Of a stretch of DNA of 64,000 nt, positions 10,019-20,760 are shown piece by piece. Location of the stretch: NCBI GenBank assembly GCA_963666425.2, contig OY762825.2, forward strand, positions 2,784,001 to 2,848,000, read 5' to 3'. This DNA comes from Bacillota bacterium. Lineage in GTDB: Bacteria; Bacillota; JAAYKD01. How positions within the stretch are numbered: position 1 is the stretch's first letter; every line of letters starts with the position of its first letter. The notes beneath the pieces are model-generated. The model ran no database searches, was not told where the DNA came from, and saw only the letters and a list, made by a program, of their open reading frames with translations. A program made the translations under genes and the position numbers.

Positions 10019-11023
10019 ATGAAACGAATTTCACTGGATTGTATGGGCGGGGATCATGCCCCGAAAGCGATTGTGCAGGGTGCTGTGTTAGCAGCGGCTG
10101 AATTCGGTTTGGATTTGCTGCTGGTCGGAGATGAACATGCGATCGGCAAAGAGCTTTCCGTACTGCATACAAAGGGCTTGAAAATTGAAATTGTACCAAC
10201 CACGCAGGTGATTGGTTTTGAAGACGCGCCGGCATTGGCGGTGCGTCGGATGAAGGATTCTTCCATGGTGGTAGCGCACCGCTTGGTGAAAGAGGGTAAA
10301 GCGGAAGCCGTTTTTTCCGCCGGCAATACCGGCGCCATCATGGCCTGCGGCTTGTTTATTTTAGGCCGCATGGAAGGCGTGGAACGGCCTGCTTTGGCTC
10401 CGATGCTGCCGACCGTGGATCACAAGGCTGTTTTGTTGTTGGACTCCGGCGCCAATGCCGAAGCAAAGGCGGAGCATCTGCTGCAATTCGGTTTACTGGG
10501 CAGTAAATATATGCAGCTTGCCCGTCAAGTGGAAAACCCCAGAGTCGGGCTGATCAACATCGGTACGGAAGAGGAAAAAGGCAGTCCGCTCTATCAGGAA
10601 GCATATCAGCTGCTGAAAAAAGCTAAGATCAATTTTATCGGCAATCTGGAAGCCAGAGAACTTTTTTCCGGAGCAGTTGATGTGGCCGTCTGCGACGGCT
10701 TTACCGGCAACGTGATTTTGAAGCTGACAGAAGGATTAGCCGGGACATTTTCCGAAATGATAAAACAGGAACTCTATGCGGATCTGCGTGGCAAGTTGGG
10801 TGGTATGCTGATTAAACCAGCGATGCACCGTTTTAAAAATCGTCTGGATTACAGCGAATACGGAGCCGCTCCCCTGCTTGGGGTGAATGGAATCTGCCTG
10901 AAGGGTCACGGTTCTTCCGAGACAAGAGCGATTTACTCCGCACTGCGCGCCGCCAGCGAATTTATTGAGAGCAATATCATTGAAGAGTTCCGCCAGATCA
11001 TGGCTCAGAACGAGTCAGAATAA
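10019..11023 (+). CDS. plsX: Phosphate acyltransferase PlsX
   Basis: DCMGGDHAP, SAGNTGA, LDSGAN, DGFTGNV and KGHGSS motifs. Confidence 0.96.
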   Translation: MKRISLDCMGGDHAPKAIVQGAVLAAAEFGLDLLLVGDEHAIGKELSVLHTKGLKIEIVPTTQVIGFEDAPALAVRRMKDSSMVVAHRLVKEGKAEAVFSAGNTGAIMACGLFILGRMEGVERPALAPMLPTVDHKAVLLLDSGANAEAKAEHLLQFGLLGSKYMQLARQVENPRVGLINIGTEEEKGSPLYQEAYQLLKKAKINFIGNLEARELFSGAVDVAVCDGFTGNVILKLTEGLAGTFSEMIKQELYADLRGKLGGMLIKPAMHRFKNRLDYSEYGAAPLLGVNGICLKGHGSSETRAIYSALRAASEFIESNIIEEFRQIMAQNESE

Positions 11024-11047
11024 TTACAGAAAAGTGAGGCAGCTAAT

Positions 11048-11278
11048 ATGGATGTATTTGAAAAATTAAAAGCGATCATTGTGGAAAAATTGAAAGTTGC
11101 ACCGGAGAAAGTGACGCTTGCCTCCGACTTCAAAGTGGATTTTCAGGCTGATTCCATCGATTTGTTCGAGTTGGTGATGACCATGGAGGATTCCTTCGGA
11201 GTCGAACTGGATGACGATGCCGTCGTGCAGATCAAGACAGTCGGAGATGCCGTTTCCTTCTTAAAAGCAAAAATGTAA
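11048..11278 (+). CDS. acpP: Acyl carrier protein
   Basis: ADSIDLFELVMTMEDSFG phosphopantetheine site; 76 aa. Confidence 0.93.
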   Translation: MDVFEKLKAIIVEKLKVAPEKVTLASDFKVDFQADSIDLFELVMTMEDSFGVELDDDAVVQIKTVGDAVSFLKAKM

Positions 11279-11341
11279 AACAAACGCGAAGAGGTTGTCT
11301 GATAACCGGGCAGCCTCTTTTTGACGAAGGAGCAACAAGGT

Positions 11342-12070
11342 ATGGAAGAGACCGCATTACAGCAGGTGTTAGGCTTGCCGGTCAAGGCAGCACCGCTGCT
11401 GACCAGAGCCTTATGGCATAATTCAGCGATCTATGAGGCTGGGTTGACACCGCTGCAAGGCAATGAACGATTGGAGTTTTTGGGCGATGCCGTGGTGGAG
11501 TTGGTGGTTTCCCGCTGGCTCTATGAAACCTATCCGGAAAGCGCCGAGGGAGAAATGACCGCGCTGCGGGCGGCTTTGGTCTGCGAGGAAAGCCTGTCGG
11601 CTTGTGCCCGCCGTCTCGGTCTCGGTCAATGGATCAAACTGGGACGCGGGGAACGCGAAGACGGCGGAGCGGAAAAGCCGGCGATTCTGGGTGATTTAAT
11701 GGAAGCAGTGCTGGGCGCTGTCCTATTGGAATATGGTTTCGAGCAGGCAGACGGTATCATTCGCCGCGAATTGCTGCAAAATATCAATCCGTTCTGTTAT
11801 CGCGACAGCCTGACCCATTCCTGGAAAAATCGCCTGCAGGAATTGACCCAAGGCAAAGGCATTTTATTGAAAATCATCTATACGACCGAAAAAACCGGGC
11901 CGGATCATGCTCCTCTCTTTTTATCCCATGTCTTCTTGGGAGAGGAATTATGCGGGGAAGGCGAAGGAAAAAGCAAAAAAGAATCGGAGCAGGCGGCGGC
12001 GCGTATTGCGCTGGCACGGCTGCAGCGTCAGTTGAATCAAGACGAAAACGCAGGCAGGGGAGTGGATTAG
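11342..12070 (+). CDS. rnc: Ribonuclease III
   Basis: NERLEFLGDAV signature; C-terminal dsRBD (GPDHAP, GKSKKESEQ). Confidence 0.95.
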   Translation: MEETALQQVLGLPVKAAPLLTRALWHNSAIYEAGLTPLQGNERLEFLGDAVVELVVSRWLYETYPESAEGEMTALRAALVCEESLSACARRLGLGQWIKLGRGEREDGGAEKPAILGDLMEAVLGAVLLEYGFEQADGIIRRELLQNINPFCYRDSLTHSWKNRLQELTQGKGILLKIIYTTEKTGPDHAPLFLSHVFLGEELCGEGEGKSKKESEQAAARIALARLQRQLNQDENAGRGVD

Positions 12071-12071
12071 C

Positions 12072-15000
12072 TTGTACCTGAAAGCAATTGAATTGGTGGG
12101 GTTTAAATCTTTTGCAGAGCGTGTTCGTCTCGATTTTGCCGACGGTTTGACAACCATCGTCGGTGCCAATGGCAGCGGTAAAAGCAATATCATCGATGCG
12201 GTCTTGTGGGTGATGGGTGAGCAGAATTCCCGTAATTTACGCGGGGCGAAGATGGAAGAAATCATTTTTTCCGGCAGTGAAAAGCGCAAAGCAGTCGGCA
12301 TGGCGGAGGTCACCCTGGTGATCGATAATCAAACCCGTCTGCTGCCCATTGACTATGAAGAAGTGGCAGTCAAGCGGCGATTGTTTCGCGATGGTACCAG
12401 TGAATACTATATCAACAGCCAACATTGCCGCCTGAGAGACGTGGTGGAGTTATTCATGGATACCGGCGTCGGCAAAGATTCTTTTTCCATCATCAGCCAG
12501 GGTCAGGTGGATGAGATCATCACCGATAAACCGGCCGAACGGCGCGTGATCATCGAAGAAGTAGCCGGGATTTCCAAATTCAAATACCGCAAAAAAGAAG
12601 CAGTACAGAAAATGGAGCGTCTGCAGGAACGGCTGCAGCGGGTGGATGATATCATCGCCGAATTGGATACACAGCTGGCACCCTTACGGCTGCAGGCAGT
12701 CAAAGCGGAGCAATATCTGCAGATCAAAAAGAAGCTGAATAAAGCGGAGCTGGCTTTTTATGCCGCTGAATTTGAAAAAAACGAAACGGAGCTCACAGCC
12801 GCCGAGCAGTTGTATCAGAAAACTCAGGATCATTATACAACTGCGCAGGCAAAACTGGCAGTGGAATTGGCAATTCTGGAAAAGCTAAAATTAGAGCAGA
12901 TTCAGGCAGATTCTGCGATCGACGAGCAAAACAGAAAGAGCAATGCGCTGGGTTTGAGCGCAGAACGGCTGCGCGGTGAGGAAAAAACACTCAACGAACG
13001 GCTGCAGAATTTGCAGCAGGCACGACAGCAGTTAAAAGAAACCGAGGAAAGCAATCGACTGCGCCGGGCGGAATTCGGTAAACTGAGCGAGCAAATGGAG
13101 ACTGAGATTGCCGCTTGCCGGTCAGAACAGCAGCGCTTGGAGCAGAGTTTGAGCGCTGCCAGTGAGCAATTACTGCAATTGGCGCAGCAGCAGCAGCAGC
13201 GACGGCAGCAGCGGGAGAACATCGGACGACAGATCAACCAGGCGGAGCAGAGTATCTTACGCCTGCAGCTGCAAGCAGAAAGCCTGCGTTTGGAGACGGA
13301 ATCACTGCAGCAGCGTCTGCAGGGTTGGGACAGCGAGCAAAAGCAGCTGGCCGGTAATCAACTGGCAGCCGAAGCAGCCTATCAGCAATGGCAGACCCAA
13401 ACCGATACGCTGCAGCAGCAATTGCAGCAAAGCCAAACGCTCAGCAGCCGCTTGCAGACCGAAGCGGCGGCGGCTGCGGCTGCTTATCAGCAAAGCGAAC
13501 AACAGCTGAAACTGCAGCAGGAGCAAATTCGGCTGAAAGGCGCTCGTTTTCACACTCTGACAGATCTGGCGGATCAGATGGACGGTTATCAGCGCGGCGT
13601 CAAAGCGGTGCTTTCGGCGAAGAAAAACCACGCAGCATCCATGCACGGCGTCGTGGACTCTGTCGCCAATTTATTCAGCGTGGATAAAAAATACGAAACC
13701 GCCCTGGAAGTTGCTTTGGGCGGTGCTTTACAGAATCTTGTGGTGAAAAACCCGCAGGCGGCAGAAAACGCCATCGATTGGCTGAAACAGCAAAAAAACG
13801 GCAGAGCAACCTTTTTACCGCTGACGGTGGTGCAGGGACAGCGGGACGCCAGTCTGTGGCAGCGCATCTCCGGCAAACCCGGTGTGCTGGCGCTGGCCAC
13901 GGATTTGGTGCAATGTGAACCGTCCTATCGAAAAATCGCCGATCATTTGCTGGGCAATGTGATCGTGACAGACAGTCTGGCAGCCGCCAACCGGTTAGCG
14001 GCAGAATTAGCCTACCGCCATCGGATTGTTACCCTGGAGGGAGAAATCCTCTATCCGGGCGGCGCCGTCACCGGCGGCAGCCTTTATCAGCGCGGTGTTG
14101 GTTTGCTGGGACGCGAACGCGAAATCAAACAATTAGAAGAAGAACTGGCTCAGGAAAAAACGGCTGCTCTGCAGCTGCAGACGGAGCTGACCCTGCTGCA
14201 TCAAACGATGCTGAAAAGCGCGGCAGAGGCAGAAAAACAGCAGCTGGAAACAGTACAGCTGCAGCAAACGGAAAGCCAGCAAAAAGAAAATAAAGCAGCG
14301 CTGCAATGGAAACTGGCCCAAATTGCGGAGAAGCGGCAGACCTTCAGCAAAGAAGAAGAGCAGGCACGGGCAAAAATCGACTGTTTAGCGCAGGAAAGAC
14401 AGCAAATTGCACAGCAAATGCATGTCGAGACGGCAGCAAAAGACGAATTGTCGGTCCGGTTTACTTTGGCGGATGCAGAGGAGGACGAGCAAAAACGTCT
14501 GCAGCAGGAAGAGGAGCGCAGTCAGCTCAAACTCCGTTTGGCGGTCAGCCAACAGCGCCTGAACGAACTGCAAAGGCAGCAAAACGAACAGCAGCAGCAA
14601 ACGGCAGAGCTGCAAGCAGAACAGGAAGAACTTGCTGTCCGCCTGACGGCGCTGACGGCGCGGGAAAGCGAAACTGCAGCTGAGATCAGCGCAATTCGCA
14701 GCGATTTGCAGGATACGCTGCGCCAACAGCAGACGGCCGAGCAGCATTTAACGGAGGTCAAGCGCAATCGCCTCAAGTTCAGCGAATCCTTTCAGGAACA
14801 GGATGCGCGCATCGAACAGGCGCGTCGGACCGAAGACGCAGCCCGGGAAGCTTCCTATCACAGCAATTTACGTCTCTCCCGCAGCCAAAATGACCGCGCT
14901 TACTTAGCAGAAAAACTGATGGCGGAGTATCAAATGCTGCCGACGCAATTAACGGAAATCGACCGCAGTGATTTGCCTGCCGCCGGAGAAGCCCTAACCA

Positions 15001-15641
15001 AAGAATGCAGTCGGCTGCGTGCCGCTCTCCGGGAGATGGGTGTGGTTAATCTCGGCGCCATCGAAGAAAAACTGCGGCTGGAAGAACGCCGCGGTTATTT
15101 AGACGAGCAGGGAGCGGATATCCGCGAATCCTGTCAGGGCATTTGGAAAGTCATTGCTAAAATCGACAAAGATATGCGGGAACGCTTTGAAGAAGCTTTC
15201 CGGCAAGTGGATCAGAAATTCCGGCTGGTCTTTGCGGAATTGTTCGGCGGCGGTCAGGCCCATTTGAGTCTGACGGAACCGGAGGATCTGCTGACGACCG
15301 GTTTGGAAATTATCGCGCAGCTGCCCGGCAAAAAAGCGGGCAACTTAAGTCTGCTGTCCGGCGGTGAGCATGCGCTGACCGCGGTGGCCCTGTTGATTGC
15401 CATCCTCCAGGTCAAGAAACCGCCCTTCTGTCTGCTGGACGAGATCGAATCGTCACTGGATGAAGGAAATGTCAAGAAGGTCGCGAAAGTATTACAAACA
15501 TGCGCCGAGGATACGCAGATTATCTCTATTTCTCATCGCAAAGGCATGATGGAGGAATCGGATGCGTTAATCGGAGTGACGATGCAGACTCCCGGCATCT
15601 CATCGATTATTTCGGTGCGCTTTCACGATCGGGAAGAATAA
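12072..15641 (+). CDS. smc: Chromosome segregation protein SMC
   Basis: GANGSGKSN Walker A, long coiled coils, hinge GRATFLPL, LSGGE and LDE motifs. Confidence 0.96.
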   Translation: MYLKAIELVGFKSFAERVRLDFADGLTTIVGANGSGKSNIIDAVLWVMGEQNSRNLRGAKMEEIIFSGSEKRKAVGMAEVTLVIDNQTRLLPIDYEEVAVKRRLFRDGTSEYYINSQHCRLRDVVELFMDTGVGKDSFSIISQGQVDEIITDKPAERRVIIEEVAGISKFKYRKKEAVQKMERLQERLQRVDDIIAELDTQLAPLRLQAVKAEQYLQIKKKLNKAELAFYAAEFEKNETELTAAEQLYQKTQDHYTTAQAKLAVELAILEKLKLEQIQADSAIDEQNRKSNALGLSAERLRGEEKTLNERLQNLQQARQQLKETEESNRLRRAEFGKLSEQMETEIAACRSEQQRLEQSLSAASEQLLQLAQQQQQRRQQRENIGRQINQAEQSILRLQLQAESLRLETESLQQRLQGWDSEQKQLAGNQLAAEAAYQQWQTQTDTLQQQLQQSQTLSSRLQTEAAAAAAAYQQSEQQLKLQQEQIRLKGARFHTLTDLADQMDGYQRGVKAVLSAKKNHAASMHGVVDSVANLFSVDKKYETALEVALGGALQNLVVKNPQAAENAIDWLKQQKNGRATFLPLTVVQGQRDASLWQRISGKPGVLALATDLVQCEPSYRKIADHLLGNVIVTDSLAAANRLAAELAYRHRIVTLEGEILYPGGAVTGGSLYQRGVGLLGREREIKQLEEELAQEKTAALQLQTELTLLHQTMLKSAAEAEKQQLETVQLQQTESQQKENKAALQWKLAQIAEKRQTFSKEEEQARAKIDCLAQERQQIAQQMHVETAAKDELSVRFTLADAEEDEQKRLQQEEERSQLKLRLAVSQQRLNELQRQQNEQQQQTAELQAEQEELAVRLTALTARESETAAEISAIRSDLQDTLRQQQTAEQHLTEVKRNRLKFSESFQEQDARIEQARRTEDAAREASYHSNLRLSRSQNDRAYLAEKLMAEYQMLPTQLTEIDRSDLPAAGEALTKECSRLRAALREMGVVNLGAIEEKLRLEERRGYLDEQGADIRESCQGIWKVIAKIDKDMRERFEEAFRQVDQKFRLVFAELFGGGQAHLSLTEPEDLLTTGLEIIAQLPGKKAGNLSLLSGGEHALTAVALLIAILQVKKPPFCLLDEIESSLDEGNVKKVAKVLQTCAEDTQIISISHRKGMMEESDALIGVTMQTPGISSIISVRFHDREE

Positions 15642-15655
15642 GGAGTGGTTCGAGA

Positions 15656-16639
15656 ATGGGCTTTTTTGAAAAATTAAAGCAAAGCCTGGCGAAGACCCAG
15701 GAAGCTTTTGTCGGTAAGATCGATCAGGTTTTTTCCCGCTTTCAAAAAGTGGACGAAGCGTTATTTGACGAACTGGAAGAAATCATGATTTCCGCCGATC
15801 TGGGTGTCAGCACGACGGAATTTTTACTGAACAATGTGCGCAAACGGGTTAAGAAGGAGCATATTGAAGAAGCGGCGGATGTGAAACGCCTTTTACAGGA
15901 AGAAATGTCGGCAATCCTGAACAGCGAGATTCTGCCGCTGAATATCGAGCCCGGCAGAATGAACATCATCCTGGTGGTTGGCGTCAATGGCGTTGGCAAG
16001 ACGACGCTGGTGGGAAAATTGGCCAATCGTTATCATCAGCAGGGCTTAAAAGTCTTAGTGGCTGCCGCCGATACCTTCCGTGCCGCCGCCATTGATCAAT
16101 TGGCGATTTGGTGTGAGCGCGCCGATGTGGAACTCATCCGGCATCAGCCGGGGGCGGATCCTGCGGCGGTCGTCTTTGATACGATCAATGCCGGCAGAGC
16201 CCGGCACAGCGATTTGATTCTGATTGATACGGCAGGACGTCTGCATAATAAATCGCATCTGATGGAAGAGATGAATAAAATCTACCGCATCATTCAGCGG
16301 GAAATACCGGATGCGCCGCACGAGACACTGCTCGTACTGGATGCCACCACCGGTCAGAATGCGGTGCTGCAGGCCAAGGCATTCAGCGAAGTGGCCAAAG
16401 TCACCGCTTTGGCGCTGACCAAACTGGATGGTACCGCCAAAGGCGGCATTGTGATCGCCATTGCAGAACAGCTGCATCTGCCGGTCAAGTTGGTTGGTTT
16501 GGGCGAAGGCATCGAGGACTTGCGCGATTTTGATCCCTCGGTTTTTGTGCAGGCGCTGTTTGACCGCAGCAAAACCGAGACCGAAAGCGAAGCACCGGCT
16601 GAAAAAAAGACAGGTCTGCAATTTTTCGAGAAAGAGTGA
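15656..16639 (+). CDS. ftsY: SRP receptor FtsY
   Basis: GVNGVGKTT, DTFRAAA, DTAGR and TKLDGTAKGG motifs; ATG after AGGAG. Confidence 0.96.
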   Translation: MGFFEKLKQSLAKTQEAFVGKIDQVFSRFQKVDEALFDELEEIMISADLGVSTTEFLLNNVRKRVKKEHIEEAADVKRLLQEEMSAILNSEILPLNIEPGRMNIILVVGVNGVGKTTLVGKLANRYHQQGLKVLVAAADTFRAAAIDQLAIWCERADVELIRHQPGADPAAVVFDTINAGRARHSDLILIDTAGRLHNKSHLMEEMNKIYRIIQREIPDAPHETLLVLDATTGQNAVLQAKAFSEVAKVTALALTKLDGTAKGGIVIAIAEQLHLPVKLVGLGEGIEDLRDFDPSVFVQALFDRSKTETESEAPAEKKTGLQFFEKE

Positions 16640-16647
16640 AGTAAATT

Positions 16648-17970
16648 ATGAGGCAAAGTTATCGCTGTCCGCCGCAAATTGAAACAAACCGTCTCGGTCA
16701 TCTGGAAACCCGTGGTATGGAGCTGAGCGCTCTGGCTGCCCGTTTTGGTACACCGCTCTATGTGATGGATGAAGCGCTGATCCGTCAGCACTGCCGTGAC
16801 TATTGGCGCGGTTTGGATGACTATGCCAACGGTCAGATTGTCTACGCCGGTAAAGCGCTGCTGAATCAGGCCATCTGCCGGATCATCGAACAGGAGCGGC
16901 TGTATCTGGATGTGGTCAGCGGCGGCGAACTCTATACCGCCCTCAGTGCCGGCTTCCCGGCGGAGAAGATGCTTTTCCATGGCAACAATAAAACCAAAGC
17001 AGAATTGCAATTGGCGCTGCAGTCCGGTATCGGCCGTATCGTTGTCGATAATCTGAACGAACTGCAGCTGCTGCAGCAATTGACAAAAGATTTGGCTTGT
17101 GAAGCTAACTTGATGCTGCGCATCACCCCCGGTGTGGAAGCGCATACGCATGAGTACATCCGCACTGCGCAGACCGATTCCAAATTCGGTCTGGGGATTT
17201 CCGATCTGCAGCTGCAGGACGCCATCCAGACCATCCTACAAACGCCGCGTCTGCATCTGCAAGGCATCCATTGCCATATCGGTTCCCAGATCATGGAGGA
17301 AGAACCGTACAGCCTGGCTGTGGAGCTGATGTTTGGTTTACTGGAACAAATCCGCAGCCGCTATCAGCTGACGCTGCCGGAATTGAATCTGGGCGGCGGC
17401 ATCGGCATCCGCTATACAAGCGAAGACCAGCCGTTGCAGCCAACAGCGGTGGTGCAGCATATTGCAAAACAGGTCCGCCTGCAGGCGGAAAAGCACAATT
17501 TTCCTTTGCCGAAACTGTTTGTCGAACCGGGCCGTGCCATTGTTGGTGAAGCGGGGATTTCCCTCTATACCATCGGCGGCATCAAAGAGGTACCAGGCAT
17601 TCGACGCTATGTTTCGGTGGACGGCGGCATGTCCGATAATATCCGTCCTGCTTTGTACCAGGCCGTCTACGAGGCAGTGGTGGTGGATAAGGCAAACGAA
17701 CCCTTGCTGCAGCAGGCTCATTTGGCAGGCAAGCACTGCGAGACGGGCGATATTCTGATCAAGGATCTTTGGCTGCCGGCAGTGGCGGTGGGAGATGTGA
17801 TTGCTGTTTTTGCTACCGGCGCATACAACTACTCCATGGCCAGCAATTACAATCGGGTCACCCGCCCGGCAATGGTTTTAATCAGCCCAGCCGGAGCGGA
17901 TTTGATGGAAGAACGCGAAACGTATCAGGATTTGATCCGACTGGATCGGATGCCGGCTCATCTGAAATAA
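16648..17970 (+). CDS. lysA: Diaminopimelate decarboxylase
   Basis: YAGKA, SKFG, HCHIGSQI, EPGRAIV, GKHCETGD and GAYNYSMASNYN motifs. Confidence 0.95.
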   Translation: MRQSYRCPPQIETNRLGHLETRGMELSALAARFGTPLYVMDEALIRQHCRDYWRGLDDYANGQIVYAGKALLNQAICRIIEQERLYLDVVSGGELYTALSAGFPAEKMLFHGNNKTKAELQLALQSGIGRIVVDNLNELQLLQQLTKDLACEANLMLRITPGVEAHTHEYIRTAQTDSKFGLGISDLQLQDAIQTILQTPRLHLQGIHCHIGSQIMEEEPYSLAVELMFGLLEQIRSRYQLTLPELNLGGGIGIRYTSEDQPLQPTAVVQHIAKQVRLQAEKHNFPLPKLFVEPGRAIVGEAGISLYTIGGIKEVPGIRRYVSVDGGMSDNIRPALYQAVYEAVVVDKANEPLLQQAHLAGKHCETGDILIKDLWLPAVAVGDVIAVFATGAYNYSMASNYNRVTRPAMVLISPAGADLMEERETYQDLIRLDRMPAHLK

Positions 17971-18003
17971 ACTGGAAATTTACAAAAAGAAAGAAGTAGA
18001 AGT

Positions 18004-18639
18004 ATGTTTGGTTTGGATTCGGATTTCCTCTTTTACATTCCGGGATTACTGCTTGCTTTGACGGTGCATGAATTTGCGCACAGTTGGATTTCTTATCGTT
18101 TGGGAGACCCGACGCCGAAATTGCAGGGCAGATTGTCTTTTAATCCTTTGAATCACATCGACCCCATCGGCTTCATTATGATGGTGGTGTTTCGCTTTGG
18201 TTGGTGCAAACCGGTGGAAGTCAACCCGTTTTATTATAAAAACAGACGGCAGGGGATGCTGATGGTGGCTTTGGCCGGACCGGCAGCCAATTTTCTGACT
18301 GCTTTGCTCGTCGCCCTGCTCTATGGTTTACTGACCATCATCCTGCCCACTTCCATTCTGTTCAACTCCTATTTGATCAAGGTATTGCTGGGCATCCTGA
18401 TGTATAACGTCAACCTCGGCTTATTTAATTTAATTCCGATTCCGCCGCTGGATGGCTCGAAAGTGCTGGAAGGTTTACTGCCGGTTAAAGAGTCGTTTGC
18501 TTATATGAATTTCATGAATCGCTACGGCATTCTGATTTTATTGGCTCTGATGATCACCGGCGCTTATCGCTATCTGATCAGTCCGCTGGCCAATCTGTTC
18601 TTGAATGCGTTGCTTGCCATTGTGCAAATGTTTCTCTAG
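18004..18639 (+). CDS. Site-2 protease (M50) family membrane protein
   Basis: HEFAH, AGPAAN and FNLIPIPPLDG motifs. Confidence 0.92.
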   Translation: MFGLDSDFLFYIPGLLLALTVHEFAHSWISYRLGDPTPKLQGRLSFNPLNHIDPIGFIMMVVFRFGWCKPVEVNPFYYKNRRQGMLMVALAGPAANFLTALLVALLYGLLTIILPTSILFNSYLIKVLLGILMYNVNLGLFNLIPIPPLDGSKVLEGLLPVKESFAYMNFMNRYGILILLALMITGAYRYLISPLANLFLNALLAIVQMFL

Positions 18640-18650
18640 CGTGGTTCGAG

Positions 18651-19361
18651 GTGTCTATGAGTTTTAAAACTTCCATCCCCGGGTTCGAGGGAGAAGCTGC
18701 CGGCGCGGTCGAATATCTGCGGCAGGATAAAGAAAAGGTGCTGGATCTGCAAATTAATGCCTGGATCGATGATTTTATGGCTTATTTGGAGCCAAAAGGT
18801 TTCGATTCCGAAGAGGCATCTGCTTTTATTGTACTGGCGGCCATTTTAATGGAATGGAAAATGCAGCTGCTGCTGCCAAAACCGCTGGAAGCAGTGGAAC
18901 CGGAAGAACCCTACGACAGAGAAGCGCATCTGGAAGAATATCGCCTGATTCAGGCAACCGCCAAACAATTGTCACGTTTGGCAGAACAGCGCGAATTATG
19001 GGTGGCAAGACCCGCGGATGAGATTCAGATCGGTATCGACCCGGTGGATCGTCTGCGGCATACCGGTTTATTTGACTTGCTGACCGCTTTTCAGCGCGTA
19101 CTGCAGGCGGGCGAAGAAACGCTGGATGTCGATGAAGTAATTGAAGCGGAAGAATACGAATTGGAACATCAGATGACCTACATCTTATCTCGCGTGCAGC
19201 AGAACCGGGGCCGCATTTTGTTTGAACAATTGTTCCGTCCGGGCAGCCGCCGCAATTTGCTGGTAGCCACTTTCCTGGCTTTGCTGGAATTGGTCCGGCT
19301 GCAGCAGCTGAAGATCGAGCAAATCACATCTTATGGTGAACTATGGATTGGAGAGGGTTAG
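18651..19361 (+). CDS. scpA: Segregation/condensation protein A
   Basis: FIVLAAILMEWKMQLLLP and VATFLALLELVR; adjacent to scpB. Confidence 0.85.
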   Translation: MSMSFKTSIPGFEGEAAGAVEYLRQDKEKVLDLQINAWIDDFMAYLEPKGFDSEEASAFIVLAAILMEWKMQLLLPKPLEAVEPEEPYDREAHLEEYRLIQATAKQLSRLAEQRELWVARPADEIQIGIDPVDRLRHTGLFDLLTAFQRVLQAGEETLDVDEVIEAEEYELEHQMTYILSRVQQNRGRILFEQLFRPGSRRNLLVATFLALLELVRLQQLKIEQITSYGELWIGEG

Positions 19362-19363
19362 AA

Positions 19364-19939
19364 GTGACGCAAGATAATCAGGACCTTTCCCTGACCCTGG
19401 TCAATTTACCGGCGGAGCAGGAAAACGGCATGGTGGAAGCTTTGCTGTTTGTTAGTGGCGAACCGGTTCCCTCCGAGCGTTTGGCGGAATTATTGGGTAA
19501 AACGGTGGAAGAAACCGACCTGCAGCTGCAGGAAATGGCTGCGCTCTGGACAAATGATGCCAAGCGCGGCTGCACGTTGCTGCCGGTTGCCAACGGCTGG
19601 CAGATGGTGACCAAACCGGATTATGCCAAACGGCTGCGCTATTTTCTGCAGTCGTTGAACAAACCGCGAAAATTGTCGCCAACCACCTTGGAAACACTGG
19701 CGATTGTGGCGGGCAAGCAGCCAATTACCCGCCAGGAAGTGGAATTGATCCGCGGCGTCAGCGCCGATTATGCCATCAACCAATTGTTGTCTCTGGGCTT
19801 GATCGACGAAGTCGGGAAAAAGCCGGGAGCCGGCAGAGCGAATCTATATGCCACGACTGATTTGTTTTTGAGCCATTTTGGTCTGCGCTCTTTGGATGAT
19901 TTACCGGAAAAATTGGAATTCTTAGGAAAAGGAGTCTAA
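19364..19939 (+). CDS. scpB: Segregation/condensation protein B
   Basis: EALLFVSGEP, LETLAIVAGKQPITR, IRGV and FLSHFGLRSLDDLP motifs. Confidence 0.92.
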   Translation: MTQDNQDLSLTLVNLPAEQENGMVEALLFVSGEPVPSERLAELLGKTVEETDLQLQEMAALWTNDAKRGCTLLPVANGWQMVTKPDYAKRLRYFLQSLNKPRKLSPTTLETLAIVAGKQPITRQEVELIRGVSADYAINQLLSLGLIDEVGKKPGAGRANLYATTDLFLSHFGLRSLDDLPEKLEFLGKGV

Positions 19940-19942
19940 AGA

Positions 19943-20557
19943 ATGCCTTTTATTACATTTGAGGGAATCGATGCCAGCGGTAAAACAACGCAAATTACCC
20001 GTCTGGCAGAAACATTGAAAAAATGGGGTGCCGAGGTTGTGGTCACCTGTGAGCCGCGCGGCACCGAGGTTGGCGTCGTGATTGGTAATTTGGTGCTGGA
20101 CCGCAAAGATCTGGACATTCTGCCCGCCACGGAGGTTTTTCTATTTGCCGCGGATCGCTGCCAGCATGTGCGCCAGGTACTAAATCCGGCGCTGCAGCAA
20201 GGTCAATTTGTGCTGTCCGATCGCTTTGTTGATTCCAGCATCGCTTTTCAGGGAGCAGCCGGCTTGGAATTGGATTTTATCCGCGCCGTCAATCAGCTGG
20301 CGGTCAATGATTTAAAGCCGGATCTCACCTTTTGGCTGGATCTGCCGGCAGAAGAGACAATGAAACGAATTGCCAGGCGTGGCGAAGGCGATCGTTTGGA
20401 AAGCAAAGGCTTCGTTTACGAAGACAAGGTTAGAGCGCTCTATCAGCTGCTTGCAGATCAGGAGCCGCAGCGTTTTGTGAAAATTGACAGCACCGCCGCA
20501 CCGGCGGAGATGGCAAAAACGATTGCAGCGATCGTTCGGCAGCGCTTTTCGCTCTGA
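19943..20557 (+). CDS. tmk: Thymidylate kinase
   Basis: FITFEGIDASGKTTQ, SDRFVDSS and PDLTFWLD motifs. Confidence 0.95.
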   Translation: MPFITFEGIDASGKTTQITRLAETLKKWGAEVVVTCEPRGTEVGVVIGNLVLDRKDLDILPATEVFLFAADRCQHVRQVLNPALQQGQFVLSDRFVDSSIAFQGAAGLELDFIRAVNQLAVNDLKPDLTFWLDLPAEETMKRIARRGEGDRLESKGFVYEDKVRALYQLLADQEPQRFVKIDSTAAPAEMAKTIAAIVRQRFSL

Positions 20558-20695
20558 TCGACGGTAATTTCTGCTTATTCTGACAATAAAAAAGGATATC
20601 TCTGCCTGAGGCGACATTTACCCGGAACGGTTGAAAAAATAGCTCTTGGCGAAGATGCGGGTTCATGTAGGAACATGAAACATAGGCCTTTCTGT

Positions 20696-20724
20696 TTGAC
20701 TTATGCACCGGGAAATATTATACT
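20696..20724 (+). promoter_or_regulatory. SigA-type promoter for typA
   Basis: TTGACT-17 bp-TATACT. Confidence 0.65.
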
Positions 20725-20760
20725 ATCTAATTGTAATGAAATGGAAATAATAAGTCTGCT

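Noticed and set aside
12900-14800. CAG/Gln-rich runs and antisense ORFs in smc
   Set aside because: Explained by coiled-coil composition and codon bias; the antisense ORFs are shadows.
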